DNA from: Candidatus Sericytochromatia bacterium
Lineage (GTDB): Bacteria; Cyanobacteriota; Sericytochromatia; S15B-MN24; VGJW01
Assembly: GCA_035285865.1 (NCBI GenBank)
Contig: JAYKHS010000018.1
Span: 1 to 60,506 of the forward strand
DNA length: 60,506 bases
Reading direction: 5' to 3'
Below are positions 27,859 to 36,957 of this stretch, piece after piece. The position numbers and the translations under genes were made by a program. Under the pieces are notes generated by a model. That model did no database searches. It was given only the letters and a program-made list of their open reading frames with translations, and was not told the DNA's origin. Positions within the stretch are counted from its first letter, which is position 1, and each line of letters opens with the position of its first letter.

Positions 27859-28937
27859 TGACCCCGCTCGGCGGTTCGTGGGCCGTACTGGGCCTCGCGG
27901 CGCTCGTCATCGTCCAGCGGCTGGCAGAACTGCGCATCGCGAGGAAGCACGAAGCCTGGGCGCGGGCTCAGGGCGCCGTCGAACACGGCCGTGACCATTA
28001 CCCCTGGTTCTTCCTGCTCCACGGCGGCTGGCTGGTGGCATGGATTGCCGAAGGCTGGCGTGCAGGTTCGGGCCTGCATCCTCTCTATGCCGCGATCTGG
28101 CTGCTGCTGCAACTTGCCCGTGTCTGGGTCATCCGGTCGCTGGGCCCCTACTGGAACACCCGCATCCTGATCGTCCCCGGAGCCGAGCCCATCCGACGCG
28201 GCCCCTACCGCTGGCTCAAGCACCCCAACTACGTGGTGGTCGCAGCCGAGATGATCGTGACCCCTCTTGCCGTGGGCGCACCCTGGACCGCCTTTGCGGG
28301 CACTTTGGCCAACGCCGTGATGATGGCCGTGCGCATTCCTGCCGAGAATCGGGCGCTCGCCACCATGAAGCCGGTTGTGCTCGCGGCCGTGGTCGCCTCG
28401 GGTCTGGTCGCCTGCGCGACACCGCCGATGCTTGCCGGCGCCTCGGCCGCGCGCGCAACCATCGAGGCCCGTCTGGACGGCCAGCCCTTTCCCCACGGCA
28501 GCGTCCGGATCATCTCGACCTTCGGCGACGAACTGGCGCGTCTGGGCGGCCACAGTGCTGCCGAGGGCAAGTTTGCCGTGACTTGGCCGGACGAGGGCCT
28601 CACCGTGGCCCTCGTGCTCGATGGCACGCGACCGGACGGCAGTCCGGTGATGGTATCCGCGCTGCTGCGGACGAGCGGGGAGAAACTGGTGGACGAGGCG
28701 ACTTCGGTCATCTGCGAGAAGGCCCTGTCGCGGTCGGGTGGGCTAGGGCCCCAACTGGCCGCGCGCCTGACGGTAGCCGATCTCGACCGGCTGGAGACGG
28801 CGGCGCGTGCTGCCTTGAGTCCTGACGAGGCGAGACGCGCGGCGACCGATGGCGAAGGCTTCGCGAGCCTTTTCCCGAGCCTGCTCGCGCGCAGCCCGGC
28901 TCTGGTCGACGCCTGGCGCATCGCCGGCGGCAACTGA
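27855..28937 (+). CDS. Isoprenylcysteine carboxyl methyltransferase (BpsB/SrsB-like), fused in frame to a lipoprotein-like domain
   Basis: QRLAEL, LGPYWNTRI, GPYRWLKHPNY and RIPAENRAL, followed by MKPVVLAAVVASGLVAC from 28365. Confidence 0.85.
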   Translation: MMTPLGGSWAVLGLAALVIVQRLAELRIARKHEAWARAQGAVEHGRDHYPWFFLLHGGWLVAWIAEGWRAGSGLHPLYAAIWLLLQLARVWVIRSLGPYWNTRILIVPGAEPIRRGPYRWLKHPNYVVVAAEMIVTPLAVGAPWTAFAGTLANAVMMAVRIPAENRALATMKPVVLAAVVASGLVACATPPMLAGASAARATIEARLDGQPFPHGSVRIISTFGDELARLGGHSAAEGKFAVTWPDEGLTVALVLDGTRPDGSPVMVSALLRTSGEKLVDEATSVICEKALSRSGGLGPQLAARLTVADLDRLETAARAALSPDEARRAATDGEGFASLFPSLLARSPALVDAWRIAGGN

Positions 28938-28938
28938 A

Positions 28939-30564
28939 TCAGTCGTCGTCCGGAGACCAGGCCGGCTCCGCAGCCGGGTACGCCCAGGCCGGGTCGAGCC
29001 GGACGAAGGCATTGTCGAGCGCCTCGTAACGTTCGACCAGACTCTCGTCGGGTTCACCCGCATCGACCATGTCGGCCAGCCGACGGAATCGATCGAGATG
29101 GTCCCGGATCCGCGCCGCAGCGTAATCCGCCGATCCGCCGCCAGCTCCCACCATGCGGGGCCAATCCCCGGAAGCCAGCAGGAGGGCCTCGCGCTGTGCC
29201 TGAGCAAGCGCCCGCATCATCAAGGGACGCCCGTCGCCGCCCCGATGACCCACAAGCGACTCGGCGTGATCGGCTGTCCCGGCAACCTGCTGCCAATACC
29301 AATCGGAGTTGAGGGGCTGCCACGGCTGCAAGGTCCCGGAACGATCCCAGGACGAAGGCAGGACGGCGGAGAGGGGACGACAAGGCGACCAGGCCGCGAT
29401 TTCCCCAGCCGAGCGCAGGGTGAGCCCGGCCTCGGGCGCACGCTCGAGAAGCTGTTGCAGCCAGCGCTTGCCCTCGGGCCACGCGAGGAAGCGTTCGGCA
29501 TCCACGGGCAGCAGCAGGGAGGCCCGACCGGAAGCACGGTCCGTGGCGGTGTCGAGGAACTGCCGGGCCAGAGCAAGGGCACTGGCGGCATGGCGGTCGG
29601 CTAGGTCGCGGGCCTGCTCCGGAAGATAGGGCTGTCCGGTGCCCCCCGATTCGCCCTCGTCTGCGCCACCACGCGCCAGCAGCGGACCCGCAGGCGCGAC
29701 GGAGAAGAACCCATCGGGCAGCGTGTCCAGATACCCGCCCTCGCCGGGGAAGCCTGAAAGCGGATCGAGGCATGCGGCCATGAAGCTGTCCGGCGGCGCC
29801 AGATGCACGAGGCCCTCGGGCGAGACAGCCGGACCGAAGGGCTCGCGCGAGCCGATGCCGTCATCCTGGTCCACCCAGCCTCGGGCACTGTCCAGCACGT
29901 AGCGGAAGCCGACCTCCGCCGCAAGTGCGTCGAGGGACCAACCGCCACGCGCTGCCGAGGCCCATGCTCCCTCCGGCGTCCACAGGCCCTCCGGCGCGGC
30001 GCCCATCAGGTCATCCAGCGTCGCACGAGCCACTTGCAACTGCATTCGGACAGCCGACGGACGCGGCGCCAGCGGCAGGATCGCACCCGTAGCCGGCGTG
30101 GCCAGGATTTCCACCAATCCGTCCGCCTGCAGGGCGGCAAGCGCGGCCAACGGCTGTTGCCCAAGGCTCCCGAACCAAGCCTCTTCGACCTCTCCCGTCC
30201 GTTCGCGCTCCCAGTGCCAGGCGCGTTCGAGCTCGGCAGGAAGACCCGAAGGAAGCTCGCGCACGGCCTCCCAGCGCCGTCTGATCCATTGGCCGATGCC
30301 GCGCAGGATCTCGCGATCCGCAAGCTGGGCAGCCAAGACCGGAGACAAGGCCACGGAAATGCGAATGGGGACGCGACAATGTCGCCAGGCCATGAGCAAG
30401 GGCACCAGCACCTCTGCGGCGTGGCGATGGAGCTGATGCTCCCCGAAGGGCCAAGCACCCGCACGCCGGACGTAGGGGACGTGCAGCAGAACCGCCGGCA
30501 CCAGCGCGCGCTCGGACATGTCCTCACCATCCCCCGATGGCCGCCGGGCGTCAACCGAAGACAT
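28939..30564 (-). CDS. Divergent GH57 branching-enzyme-like protein (DUF1957)
   Basis: LHVPYVR..G.WP.GE, WTPEG (Glu), PVDAERF (Asp), SSW, QREALLLASGDWP, DNAF. Confidence 0.85.
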   Translation of the reverse strand: MSSVDARRPSGDGEDMSERALVPAVLLHVPYVRRAGAWPFGEHQLHRHAAEVLVPLLMAWRHCRVPIRISVALSPVLAAQLADREILRGIGQWIRRRWEAVRELPSGLPAELERAWHWERERTGEVEEAWFGSLGQQPLAALAALQADGLVEILATPATGAILPLAPRPSAVRMQLQVARATLDDLMGAAPEGLWTPEGAWASAARGGWSLDALAAEVGFRYVLDSARGWVDQDDGIGSREPFGPAVSPEGLVHLAPPDSFMAACLDPLSGFPGEGGYLDTLPDGFFSVAPAGPLLARGGADEGESGGTGQPYLPEQARDLADRHAASALALARQFLDTATDRASGRASLLLPVDAERFLAWPEGKRWLQQLLERAPEAGLTLRSAGEIAAWSPCRPLSAVLPSSWDRSGTLQPWQPLNSDWYWQQVAGTADHAESLVGHRGGDGRPLMMRALAQAQREALLLASGDWPRMVGAGGGSADYAAARIRDHLDRFRRLADMVDAGEPDESLVERYEALDNAFVRLDPAWAYPAAEPAWSPDDD

Positions 30565-30599
30565 GCACCAGAGACAGGGCTTTTCCGGTTCTTCTCCTG

Positions 30600-30637
30600 A
30601 GGTTTACCAAGTGCGGACGCATTGATGCCGACAACCC
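30600..30637 (+). promoter_or_regulatory. Conserved upstream element AGGTTTACC-N21-GACAACCC (copy 1)
   Basis: 30 nt upstream of ATG 30668; same boxes as at 34316-34352 and 52594-52630. Confidence 0.75.
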
Positions 30638-30667
30638 ACACAGACCCCCAAGCCGGAGCTTACCCAG

Positions 30668-32347
30668 ATGACCGCGATCCGCAGGCTGAACACCCCGCAG
30701 GGTGCGTCCCCGCGTGTCCAGGCCGGCGGCGGCCCTGCGAAGCCGGCGATGCGCTGGATCCCGTCGGTAAATCACAACGCCCGGCCCGGCGGCCCCGGCG
30801 ACCTCGACACGATTGTCCTGCACCACACGGGCGGCGGCTCGCTGGAAAGCAACATCGCGTGGATGAACAACCCCGCCAGCAAGGTGTCCGCCCACTACAC
30901 GGTCGGCAAGGACGGCCGCATCGTGAACAGCGTCCGCGACCAGGACCGGGCCTGGCATGCCGGTGTCAGCCGCTACCAGGGCCGTGACGACGTCAACGAT
31001 TTCTCGGTCGGCATCGAGATCGTCAACAAGGGCGACCATGTGGACCCCTATCCTCCCGAGCAGATGGAGGCCGTGGCGCACCTCGTCGCATGGCTGATGA
31101 CGACCCACGGCATCAGCTTCGAGCGCGTGACCGGCCATCGGGACGTGGCCCTGCCCAGGGGGCGCAAGGTCGACCCCTCGAACAACTTCGACTGGCAGGA
31201 TCTCAAGAACCGGGTCCAGCGGCATCTGGGCAACAACCCGACGTCACCCGGCGGTCCCCCCGCCTCTCCCCCGGCCGCACCGGTGGACCAGGCCCCCGCG
31301 CCACGCCCGGCGCCGGCACCTGCTCGCCCCGACGGCACCATCACCGTGCGCAAGGGGGACACGCTCTGGCATCTGGCGCAGGTTCATCTGGGCGACGCCC
31401 ATCGCTGGCGCGAGCTCTACGAAGCCAATCGCGACCGCCTCAAGGACCCCAATCTCATCCTTCCGGGCCAGGTGCTGCGCCTTCCCGGCGCGACGGCAAC
31501 GCCGACGCCCTCACCAGCACCCGCGCCGGGCCAGCCGGCTCCCGCCCAGCCCGCACCCGTGCCCGGTCAACCCGCACCGGTCCAGCCTGCACCCGGCGGC
31601 ACGATTCTGCCGGTGCATCCTCCGGCCGCACCCATGCCCGGCCGCCCCTATGTGCCGCCCGTGCGCGAGATCGCTCCGCCGCCCCCGGCACAGCCCCCCC
31701 AGCAGGCCCAGCCCCAGCCAGCACCATCGCCGAACCCGCTCCCATCCCCCGCGCCGGCACCGCAGCCGACGCCCGGCACGGGCGTGGATCGTCTGGGCTG
31801 GGCCCTGCGCGGCGGTACCCCGCTCGCCGGCGGCCTGCTTTCCGGAGGCCTCGGCCAGAACTGGGGCGGAGCCGGTACCCGCCTGGGCTCGGGGCTTCGC
31901 GTTCCCGGCGGCCTGATGGGGTCAGCCTTGTTAGCGGGCCTCGGCGCCACCCTATCCAATGTCCTGGATTGGCGCGCCGGCAGAATCAGCGGTCGCCAGG
32001 CCCTCGTGGGCACGGCCGTGGACACGGCGGCCTACACGGGAATTGCGGCGGCTTCGACCTGGATCGGGGGCCTCGCCGGAAGCATCCTTCCCGGACTTGG
32101 CACCGTCATCGGCATGGCGGTCGGTACGGTCGCCGGGGTCGGGCTCTCGTGGCTCTACGAGAAGTTCGTCCGGTCCCGGGGCGTCGCGATGGCCGGCTCA
32201 GCCACGCAGGGCATCGGCAACGACCTGGTGCCGCGTCCCGCAACGGTCGGGATCATTCCGTCGACCGGCACCGTCAGCACGACAGCTGCTCCCGCCGCCC
32301 CGCGCCCGTCCTTCGACAGCAGCTCCCTGATCCCTCAGGCCCGCTGA
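30668..32347 (+). CDS. N-acetylmuramoyl-L-alanine amidase (Amidase_2) + LysM + Pro-rich linker + C-terminal glycine-zipper membrane domain
   Basis: IVLHHT, SAHY, AWHAG, SVGIEIVN, GHRDV..RKVDP; LysM TVRKGDTLW...NLILPGQVL. Confidence 0.92.
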   Translation: MTAIRRLNTPQGASPRVQAGGGPAKPAMRWIPSVNHNARPGGPGDLDTIVLHHTGGGSLESNIAWMNNPASKVSAHYTVGKDGRIVNSVRDQDRAWHAGVSRYQGRDDVNDFSVGIEIVNKGDHVDPYPPEQMEAVAHLVAWLMTTHGISFERVTGHRDVALPRGRKVDPSNNFDWQDLKNRVQRHLGNNPTSPGGPPASPPAAPVDQAPAPRPAPAPARPDGTITVRKGDTLWHLAQVHLGDAHRWRELYEANRDRLKDPNLILPGQVLRLPGATATPTPSPAPAPGQPAPAQPAPVPGQPAPVQPAPGGTILPVHPPAAPMPGRPYVPPVREIAPPPPAQPPQQAQPQPAPSPNPLPSPAPAPQPTPGTGVDRLGWALRGGTPLAGGLLSGGLGQNWGGAGTRLGSGLRVPGGLMGSALLAGLGATLSNVLDWRAGRISGRQALVGTAVDTAAYTGIAAASTWIGGLAGSILPGLGTVIGMAVGTVAGVGLSWLYEKFVRSRGVAMAGSATQGIGNDLVPRPATVGIIPSTGTVSTTAAPAAPRPSFDSSSLIPQAR

Positions 32348-32373
32348 CCGGCGCCAAACGCAGGGTCGCCCCT

Positions 32374-33453
32374 TCAGCCGAGGCGCTTCTCGGAAGACGG
32401 ATCGAAGAGGTGCACGCGTGCGGGGCGCACCGAGAAGACGGCCCGGGCTCCGGGTGCCGGCGTGGCCTCGATCGGCACGCGGGCCAGTGCCGGGCCACGG
32501 GCCGAGGTGGCGCTCAGATGGACGTAGCTCTCGGACCCGAGGGTCTCGACGACATCGACATCCGCCTCCAGGACACACCCCCCGGAGGCCTGTCCCGGCT
32601 CCAGATGCTCGGGCCTCAGGCCGACGACCACCTTGCCGGGACGATGATGCGGCTCGGCCGGAAGGTCGAGCGAGAGGCCGGGGGCCGTCACACGGGCTCG
32701 GCCACCGGAAACTTCGAGTACCGCGTCGAAGAGGTTCATCTGGGGCGAGCCGATGAAGGTAGCCACGAAAAGATTTGCAGGTCTGTCGTAGACCTCGAGC
32801 GGGGATCCGTGCTGCTGCAGGTCGCCGCCACGCATCACGGCAATGCGGTCCCCCAAGGTCATGGCCTCGGTCTGGTCGTGGGTGACGTAGACGAAGGTCG
32901 TCGCCAGGCGCTGATGCAGTTTCTTGATCTCGGCCCGCATCGACACGCGCAGCTTGGCATCCAGATTGGAAAGCGGCTCGTCCATCAGGAAGACCTTGGG
33001 CTCGCGGACGATGGCCCGACCGATGGCGACGCGCTGGCGCTGGCCACCTGAAAGCGCCTTGGGCTTGCGCTCGAGGAGGTGCTCGATCTCGAGTGAGCGC
33101 GCAGCCTCCCGGACCTTGGTATCAATCTCGGCCACAGGCAGCTTGCGCAGCTTCAGCGCGAAGGCCATGTTCTCGTAGACCGTCATGTGCGGGTAAAGCG
33201 CGTAGTTCTGGAAGACCATCGCGATATCGCGTGCCTTGGGGTGCAGGTCGTTGACGACGACCTCTCCGATTCGGAGATGACCGCCCGTGATCTCCTCGAG
33301 CCCCGCGATCATCCTGAGTGCCGTCGACTTGCCGCAACCGGACGGTCCGACGAGGACCAGGAACTCCTTGTCCTCGACCGACAGGGACAGCTCACGGATG
33401 ACCACGTTGTCCCCGTAGCGCTTCTCGACCTTGTCGAAATCCACCTTGGCCAT
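32374..33453 (-). CDS. Orphan carbohydrate ABC transporter ATPase (MalK/UgpC/MsmX family)
   Basis: GPSGCGKST, FQNYALYPH, LSGGQRQR, DEPLSNLD, VTHDQ, TOBE tail. Confidence 0.95.
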   Translation of the reverse strand: MAKVDFDKVEKRYGDNVVIRELSLSVEDKEFLVLVGPSGCGKSTALRMIAGLEEITGGHLRIGEVVVNDLHPKARDIAMVFQNYALYPHMTVYENMAFALKLRKLPVAEIDTKVREAARSLEIEHLLERKPKALSGGQRQRVAIGRAIVREPKVFLMDEPLSNLDAKLRVSMRAEIKKLHQRLATTFVYVTHDQTEAMTLGDRIAVMRGGDLQQHGSPLEVYDRPANLFVATFIGSPQMNLFDAVLEVSGGRARVTAPGLSLDLPAEPHHRPGKVVVGLRPEHLEPGQASGGCVLEADVDVVETLGSESYVHLSATSARGPALARVPIEATPAPGARAVFSVRPARVHLFDPSSEKRLG

Positions 33454-33525
33454 GCGTCGGCTCTCCTGACCGGGCGAGTCCGTATGCCAACCGTTCATCC
33501 CGGATAAGGAATCCTAACAGAATCA

Positions 33526-33563
33526 AGGCCCCTCGGGCGGCTTCGTGCGCGCCCGAGAGGCCT
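33526..33563 (-). terminator. Probable intrinsic terminator of the 33580-34272 gene
   Basis: Hairpin AGGCC.CTCGGGCG / CGCCCGAG.GGCCT, followed on the minus strand by TGATTCTGTT. Confidence 0.6.
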
Positions 33564-33579
33564 GACTTCGGACAGGAAA

Positions 33580-34272
33580 TCAGCTGGCGACGGGGATGAC
33601 CGACGACCGAGCCTGCGCCGGGGTCACGGCCTGAGCCTGGACAGGGGCCTGGGGCGTGGCGGCCGCGGCAGGCGCCGTGGGGGCCGACGGAACGGGTGTC
33701 GTGGAGGACTGGTTCGTCAGACCCTCGAGCTGGCCCTGAATGGCTCCATTGAAACCGGGACGGACCTTGTTCTCGTAGAACTTGCCCGCAAAGTAGCTGA
33801 ACAGCGCACCGACGCCGATGCCCACGACGGTACCGATGCCGGGGACGAGGCTGCCGACGAGGCCGCCCAGCATCGTCGCGGTGGCGCCGATGCCGGTGTA
33901 GGCGACAGTATCGCCGGCGGTGCTGGCCACGAACTTCGTGAACGAACTGCGGCCGCTGACAAGATCAATCGCGTTGGTGAAGACCGACATCAGGCCGGCG
34001 AGTGCGAAGTTCGACTTGAGCAGACCGGGCAACGTGCGCAGGCTGGTGCTGATGGCGCTGCCGATGCCCGAGAAGAATCCGCCACCGACACCCACTCCGC
34101 CGGCAACCATCGCCCGGGTCGCATCGGCACCGGCGCGGGACAGCTGGAAGGCATCGCGGGCTGCACCCAGTGCCTTGGCCGACTGGATGACCGGCACGGC
34201 GACGCGCAAGCCACCGTGCATGTCGGTGTTGGCGAAGGGGCCGACAGGTGCGGCAGGTCCGTTGATGGCCAT
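33580..34272 (-). CDS. Hypothetical protein carrying the shared 68-aa glycine-zipper domain (paralog 2)
   Basis: GAGGT RBS and ATG at 34272 (MAINGPAAP...); domain at 33772-33975. Confidence 0.8.
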   Translation of the reverse strand: MAINGPAAPVGPFANTDMHGGLRVAVPVIQSAKALGAARDAFQLSRAGADATRAMVAGGVGVGGGFFSGIGSAISTSLRTLPGLLKSNFALAGLMSVFTNAIDLVSGRSSFTKFVASTAGDTVAYTGIGATATMLGGLVGSLVPGIGTVVGIGVGALFSYFAGKFYENKVRPGFNGAIQGQLEGLTNQSSTTPVPSAPTAPAAAATPQAPVQAQAVTPAQARSSVIPVAS

Positions 34273-34315
34273 CGGGAATACCTCGCTCAGGGGGGGAGCC
34301 AAGGGGGTGACGATG

Positions 34316-34352
34316 GGGTTGTCCGGAGAACCTTCGACAATCCGGTAAACCT
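34316..34352 (-). promoter_or_regulatory. Conserved upstream element AGGTTTACC-N20-GACAACCC (copy 2)
   Basis: Minus strand reads CAGGTTTACC ggattgtcgaaggttctccg GACAACCCC, 43 nt before the ATG. Confidence 0.75.
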
Positions 34353-34428
34353 GCGGTGAAGAAAATCCCAATTCCGGGAGAAGGATCATCACCCCTGACG
34401 GTGGTACAAAGCTCAAGCAGGCTTCTTC

Positions 34429-36288
34429 ATGCAATTCGGACGCCGCCCCGCCATCGAGCAGTTCTACGCCATCCGCAAGACACGCGGCCTGGCGCTCTCG
34501 GCTGACGGGCAGACGGCGGCCTTCGTCACCAACATCACGGGTACTCCAGAGGTCTGGACCGTGCCGACGGCCGGAGGCTGGCCCCATCAGCTGACCTTCG
34601 GGGAACAGGCCGTGCAGCAGGTGCTGTGGGCCGACGACGGCGAGAGCCTGATCGTGTCGATGGACCATGATGGCGACGAGGACTTCGAGATCTTTCGCGT
34701 CCCTCGGGCCGGAGGCATTCCTACGCGACTGCACGCTGCCGTCAAGGAACAGACCCACCTCGGGGGCGTCTCCCCGGACGGATCCCTGTTGGCCTATGCC
34801 AGCAACCAGGGCCATCCGGCCTCGTTCGACATCCTGCTTCATGACCTGAGGTCGGGCGAGGAGCGGGTGCTCTGGCGCAGCGACCTCGTGGATTTGCCCC
34901 TCGAGTTCTCGCCCTGCGGCCGCTGGCTGCTCGCCTACCGCTTCGAACAGAACGCCAACCAGGATCTGCTGCTCATCGAGGTCGCCACGGGGGAAGGCCG
35001 CATCCTCACGCCGCACGAAGGCCTCGTGCGCAACCACAGTGCCGTGTGGATACCCGGCAGCGCCTCATTCCTGTTCCTGACGGATAGGGACCGGGACTTC
35101 ATGGGCGTGGGACGCTACGACCTCGACTCGGGCAACTGGACGTGGGCCCACGCCCCCGAATGCGACGTGATGGAACTGGCCGTCTCGGCGGACGGACGAT
35201 GGTGGGCATTCATCGAGAATCGGGACGGACATTTCGTGCCGGTCCTCCACGACCCGACGACCGGTGCGCGGATCGACCTTCCCGAATACGCCACGGGTGT
35301 AGCCAGCGAACCGCGCTTCTCGCGCGACGGCCGGACCCTCGCCTTCTGCCACGAGTCCCCCGTACGTCCGCGTGACGTCCATGTCTTGGACCTGGCCCAC
35401 GCCAACCGACCAGGTCGGCAGATTACCTTCTCGCAGATCGGCGGCCTGTCCGCTCGAGATCTGGTGATGCCCGAAACCCTCCGCTTCCCGTCATTCGACG
35501 GGCTGGAGATCACCGGCTGGCTGTTCACCCCGCGCGGCGAGGCCCCTCCCGGAGGCTTCCCGGCGATCATCTGGCCGCACGGAGGCCCGGACGCCCAGGT
35601 CATCGCCAACTTCCAGCACTGGTTCCAGGTCTTCGCCGGCGCCGGCTACGTGGTCCTCGCCCCCAACTTCCGCGGCAGCACCGGCTACGGCAAGGCCTTC
35701 CAGGCCCTGAACCGCCGGGACTGGGGCGGAGCCAGCTTCCGCGACATCGTGGCAGGCGCCGATCATCTGGTCGGGACCGGCATCGTGGATCCGACGCGCG
35801 TTTCGGTCGTGGGCGGATCGTTCGGTGGCTTCATGGCCCTCACGGCCGCGACGCGCGAACCGGACAAGTGGGGGGCCGTCGTCGACATCTTCGGCATCAG
35901 CAATCTGTTCACCTTCATCGAAACGACTCCGGCCTGGTGGAAGCCCTACCTGCATCAGATGGTGGGGCACCCCGAAGAAGACCGCGCCTTGCTCGAGGAG
36001 CGCAGTCCCATCAACTTCATCGATCAGGTCAAGGCCCCCATCCTCGTCATCCAGGGAGCCAACGACGCACGCGTGGTCAAGGCCGAATCCGACCAGGTCG
36101 TCGAACGCTTGCGCAGCCGTGGCGGCACCGTCGAGTATCTGGTTTTCGAGGACGAGGGCCACGGTTTCAGCCATGTCACCAACGAGATCCAGGCAGCAAG
36201 CGCCATCGTCGGCTTTCTCGATCGCCACATGCCTGCGGCCAAGGCGCGCGAGGCCGCCCTGCTCCCCGAACAGGGACAGCCCGCTTAA
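34429..36288 (+). CDS. S9 family serine peptidase (prolyl oligopeptidase/acylaminoacyl peptidase-like) with beta-propeller
   Basis: HGGP, PNFRGSTGYG, GGSFGG, QGANDARV, DEGH. Confidence 0.95.
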   Translation: MQFGRRPAIEQFYAIRKTRGLALSADGQTAAFVTNITGTPEVWTVPTAGGWPHQLTFGEQAVQQVLWADDGESLIVSMDHDGDEDFEIFRVPRAGGIPTRLHAAVKEQTHLGGVSPDGSLLAYASNQGHPASFDILLHDLRSGEERVLWRSDLVDLPLEFSPCGRWLLAYRFEQNANQDLLLIEVATGEGRILTPHEGLVRNHSAVWIPGSASFLFLTDRDRDFMGVGRYDLDSGNWTWAHAPECDVMELAVSADGRWWAFIENRDGHFVPVLHDPTTGARIDLPEYATGVASEPRFSRDGRTLAFCHESPVRPRDVHVLDLAHANRPGRQITFSQIGGLSARDLVMPETLRFPSFDGLEITGWLFTPRGEAPPGGFPAIIWPHGGPDAQVIANFQHWFQVFAGAGYVVLAPNFRGSTGYGKAFQALNRRDWGGASFRDIVAGADHLVGTGIVDPTRVSVVGGSFGGFMALTAATREPDKWGAVVDIFGISNLFTFIETTPAWWKPYLHQMVGHPEEDRALLEERSPINFIDQVKAPILVIQGANDARVVKAESDQVVERLRSRGGTVEYLVFEDEGHGFSHVTNEIQAASAIVGFLDRHMPAAKAREAALLPEQGQPA

Positions 36289-36833
36289 GGCAGGAAAAGG
36301 CCGGTGCGGGCATCCAGCCTGAAAGTCCCCTCGGGGGCATCCAGGGTCCACGTCGCCCGACGCTGAGGGTTGACTTGATCCAGGCGAATGACGTCGAAAC
36401 GCCCAGGCGTCATGCCCTGACGGACAGCCACGGCAGCGGCCTGATCGCTATCGATGCGCGGCCTGTCGGCAAGGGCCTCGAGCTCAGGATCCCGCAGGGC
36501 AACACGGGTCGACATGCCCTGCTCCCCGTACTGCAGGACGACCATCTCGCGAGGGCGCTTGCCGGAGACGAAGGCATAGGTCCAGTCGTGAACCATGTAG
36601 CCGGACATCATCGGTCCGCCGACGATGCGGGCGAGACGCGCCCGATCGTCCCATGCGAGGGCCGCACGCTCTGCGGCAGCAAGGCCGGAAAGCGCCGTAA
36701 GGACACCCGCCGACCGAGCCAGCATCCCGGCATCACCCGTGGCGGCCAGGCCAGGCCGCTGGGGCGGAGCCCAGCCACAGCCCGCGAGTGCCAGGACGGC
36801 ACACGACAAGAGCCGAAGCAAGCGTGAGGGCAT
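36285..36833 (-). CDS. Hypothetical lipoprotein (PepSY-like C-terminus)
   Basis: Lipobox LALAGC; IDSDQAAAVA...RLDARTG. Confidence 0.7.
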   Translation of the reverse strand: MPSRLLRLLSCAVLALAGCGWAPPQRPGLAATGDAGMLARSAGVLTALSGLAAAERAALAWDDRARLARIVGGPMMSGYMVHDWTYAFVSGKRPREMVVLQYGEQGMSTRVALRDPELEALADRPRIDSDQAAAVAVRQGMTPGRFDVIRLDQVNPQRRATWTLDAPEGTFRLDARTGLFLP

Positions 36834-36957
36834 TATGAAGAAATCCTATAATATAACGATAAATTAACACAGGCGGCCAATCCGGACAACTCCGGGCCCG
36901 ACGGGGGCCGGAGGGTACAATGGAGAGCCCCGTTCCCCTGCTGGAGCCCCGTCGCCC

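Noticed and set aside
21593..32347. Prophage lysis module (SLT, amidase)
   Set aside because: No integrase, terminase, capsid or tail genes are present; the hydrolases are scattered among host genes with host-like codon usage.
33580..35037. 485-aa ORF as listed in the track
   Set aside because: The upstream part is antisense to the S9 peptidase. The RBS and the conserved element support a start at 34272.
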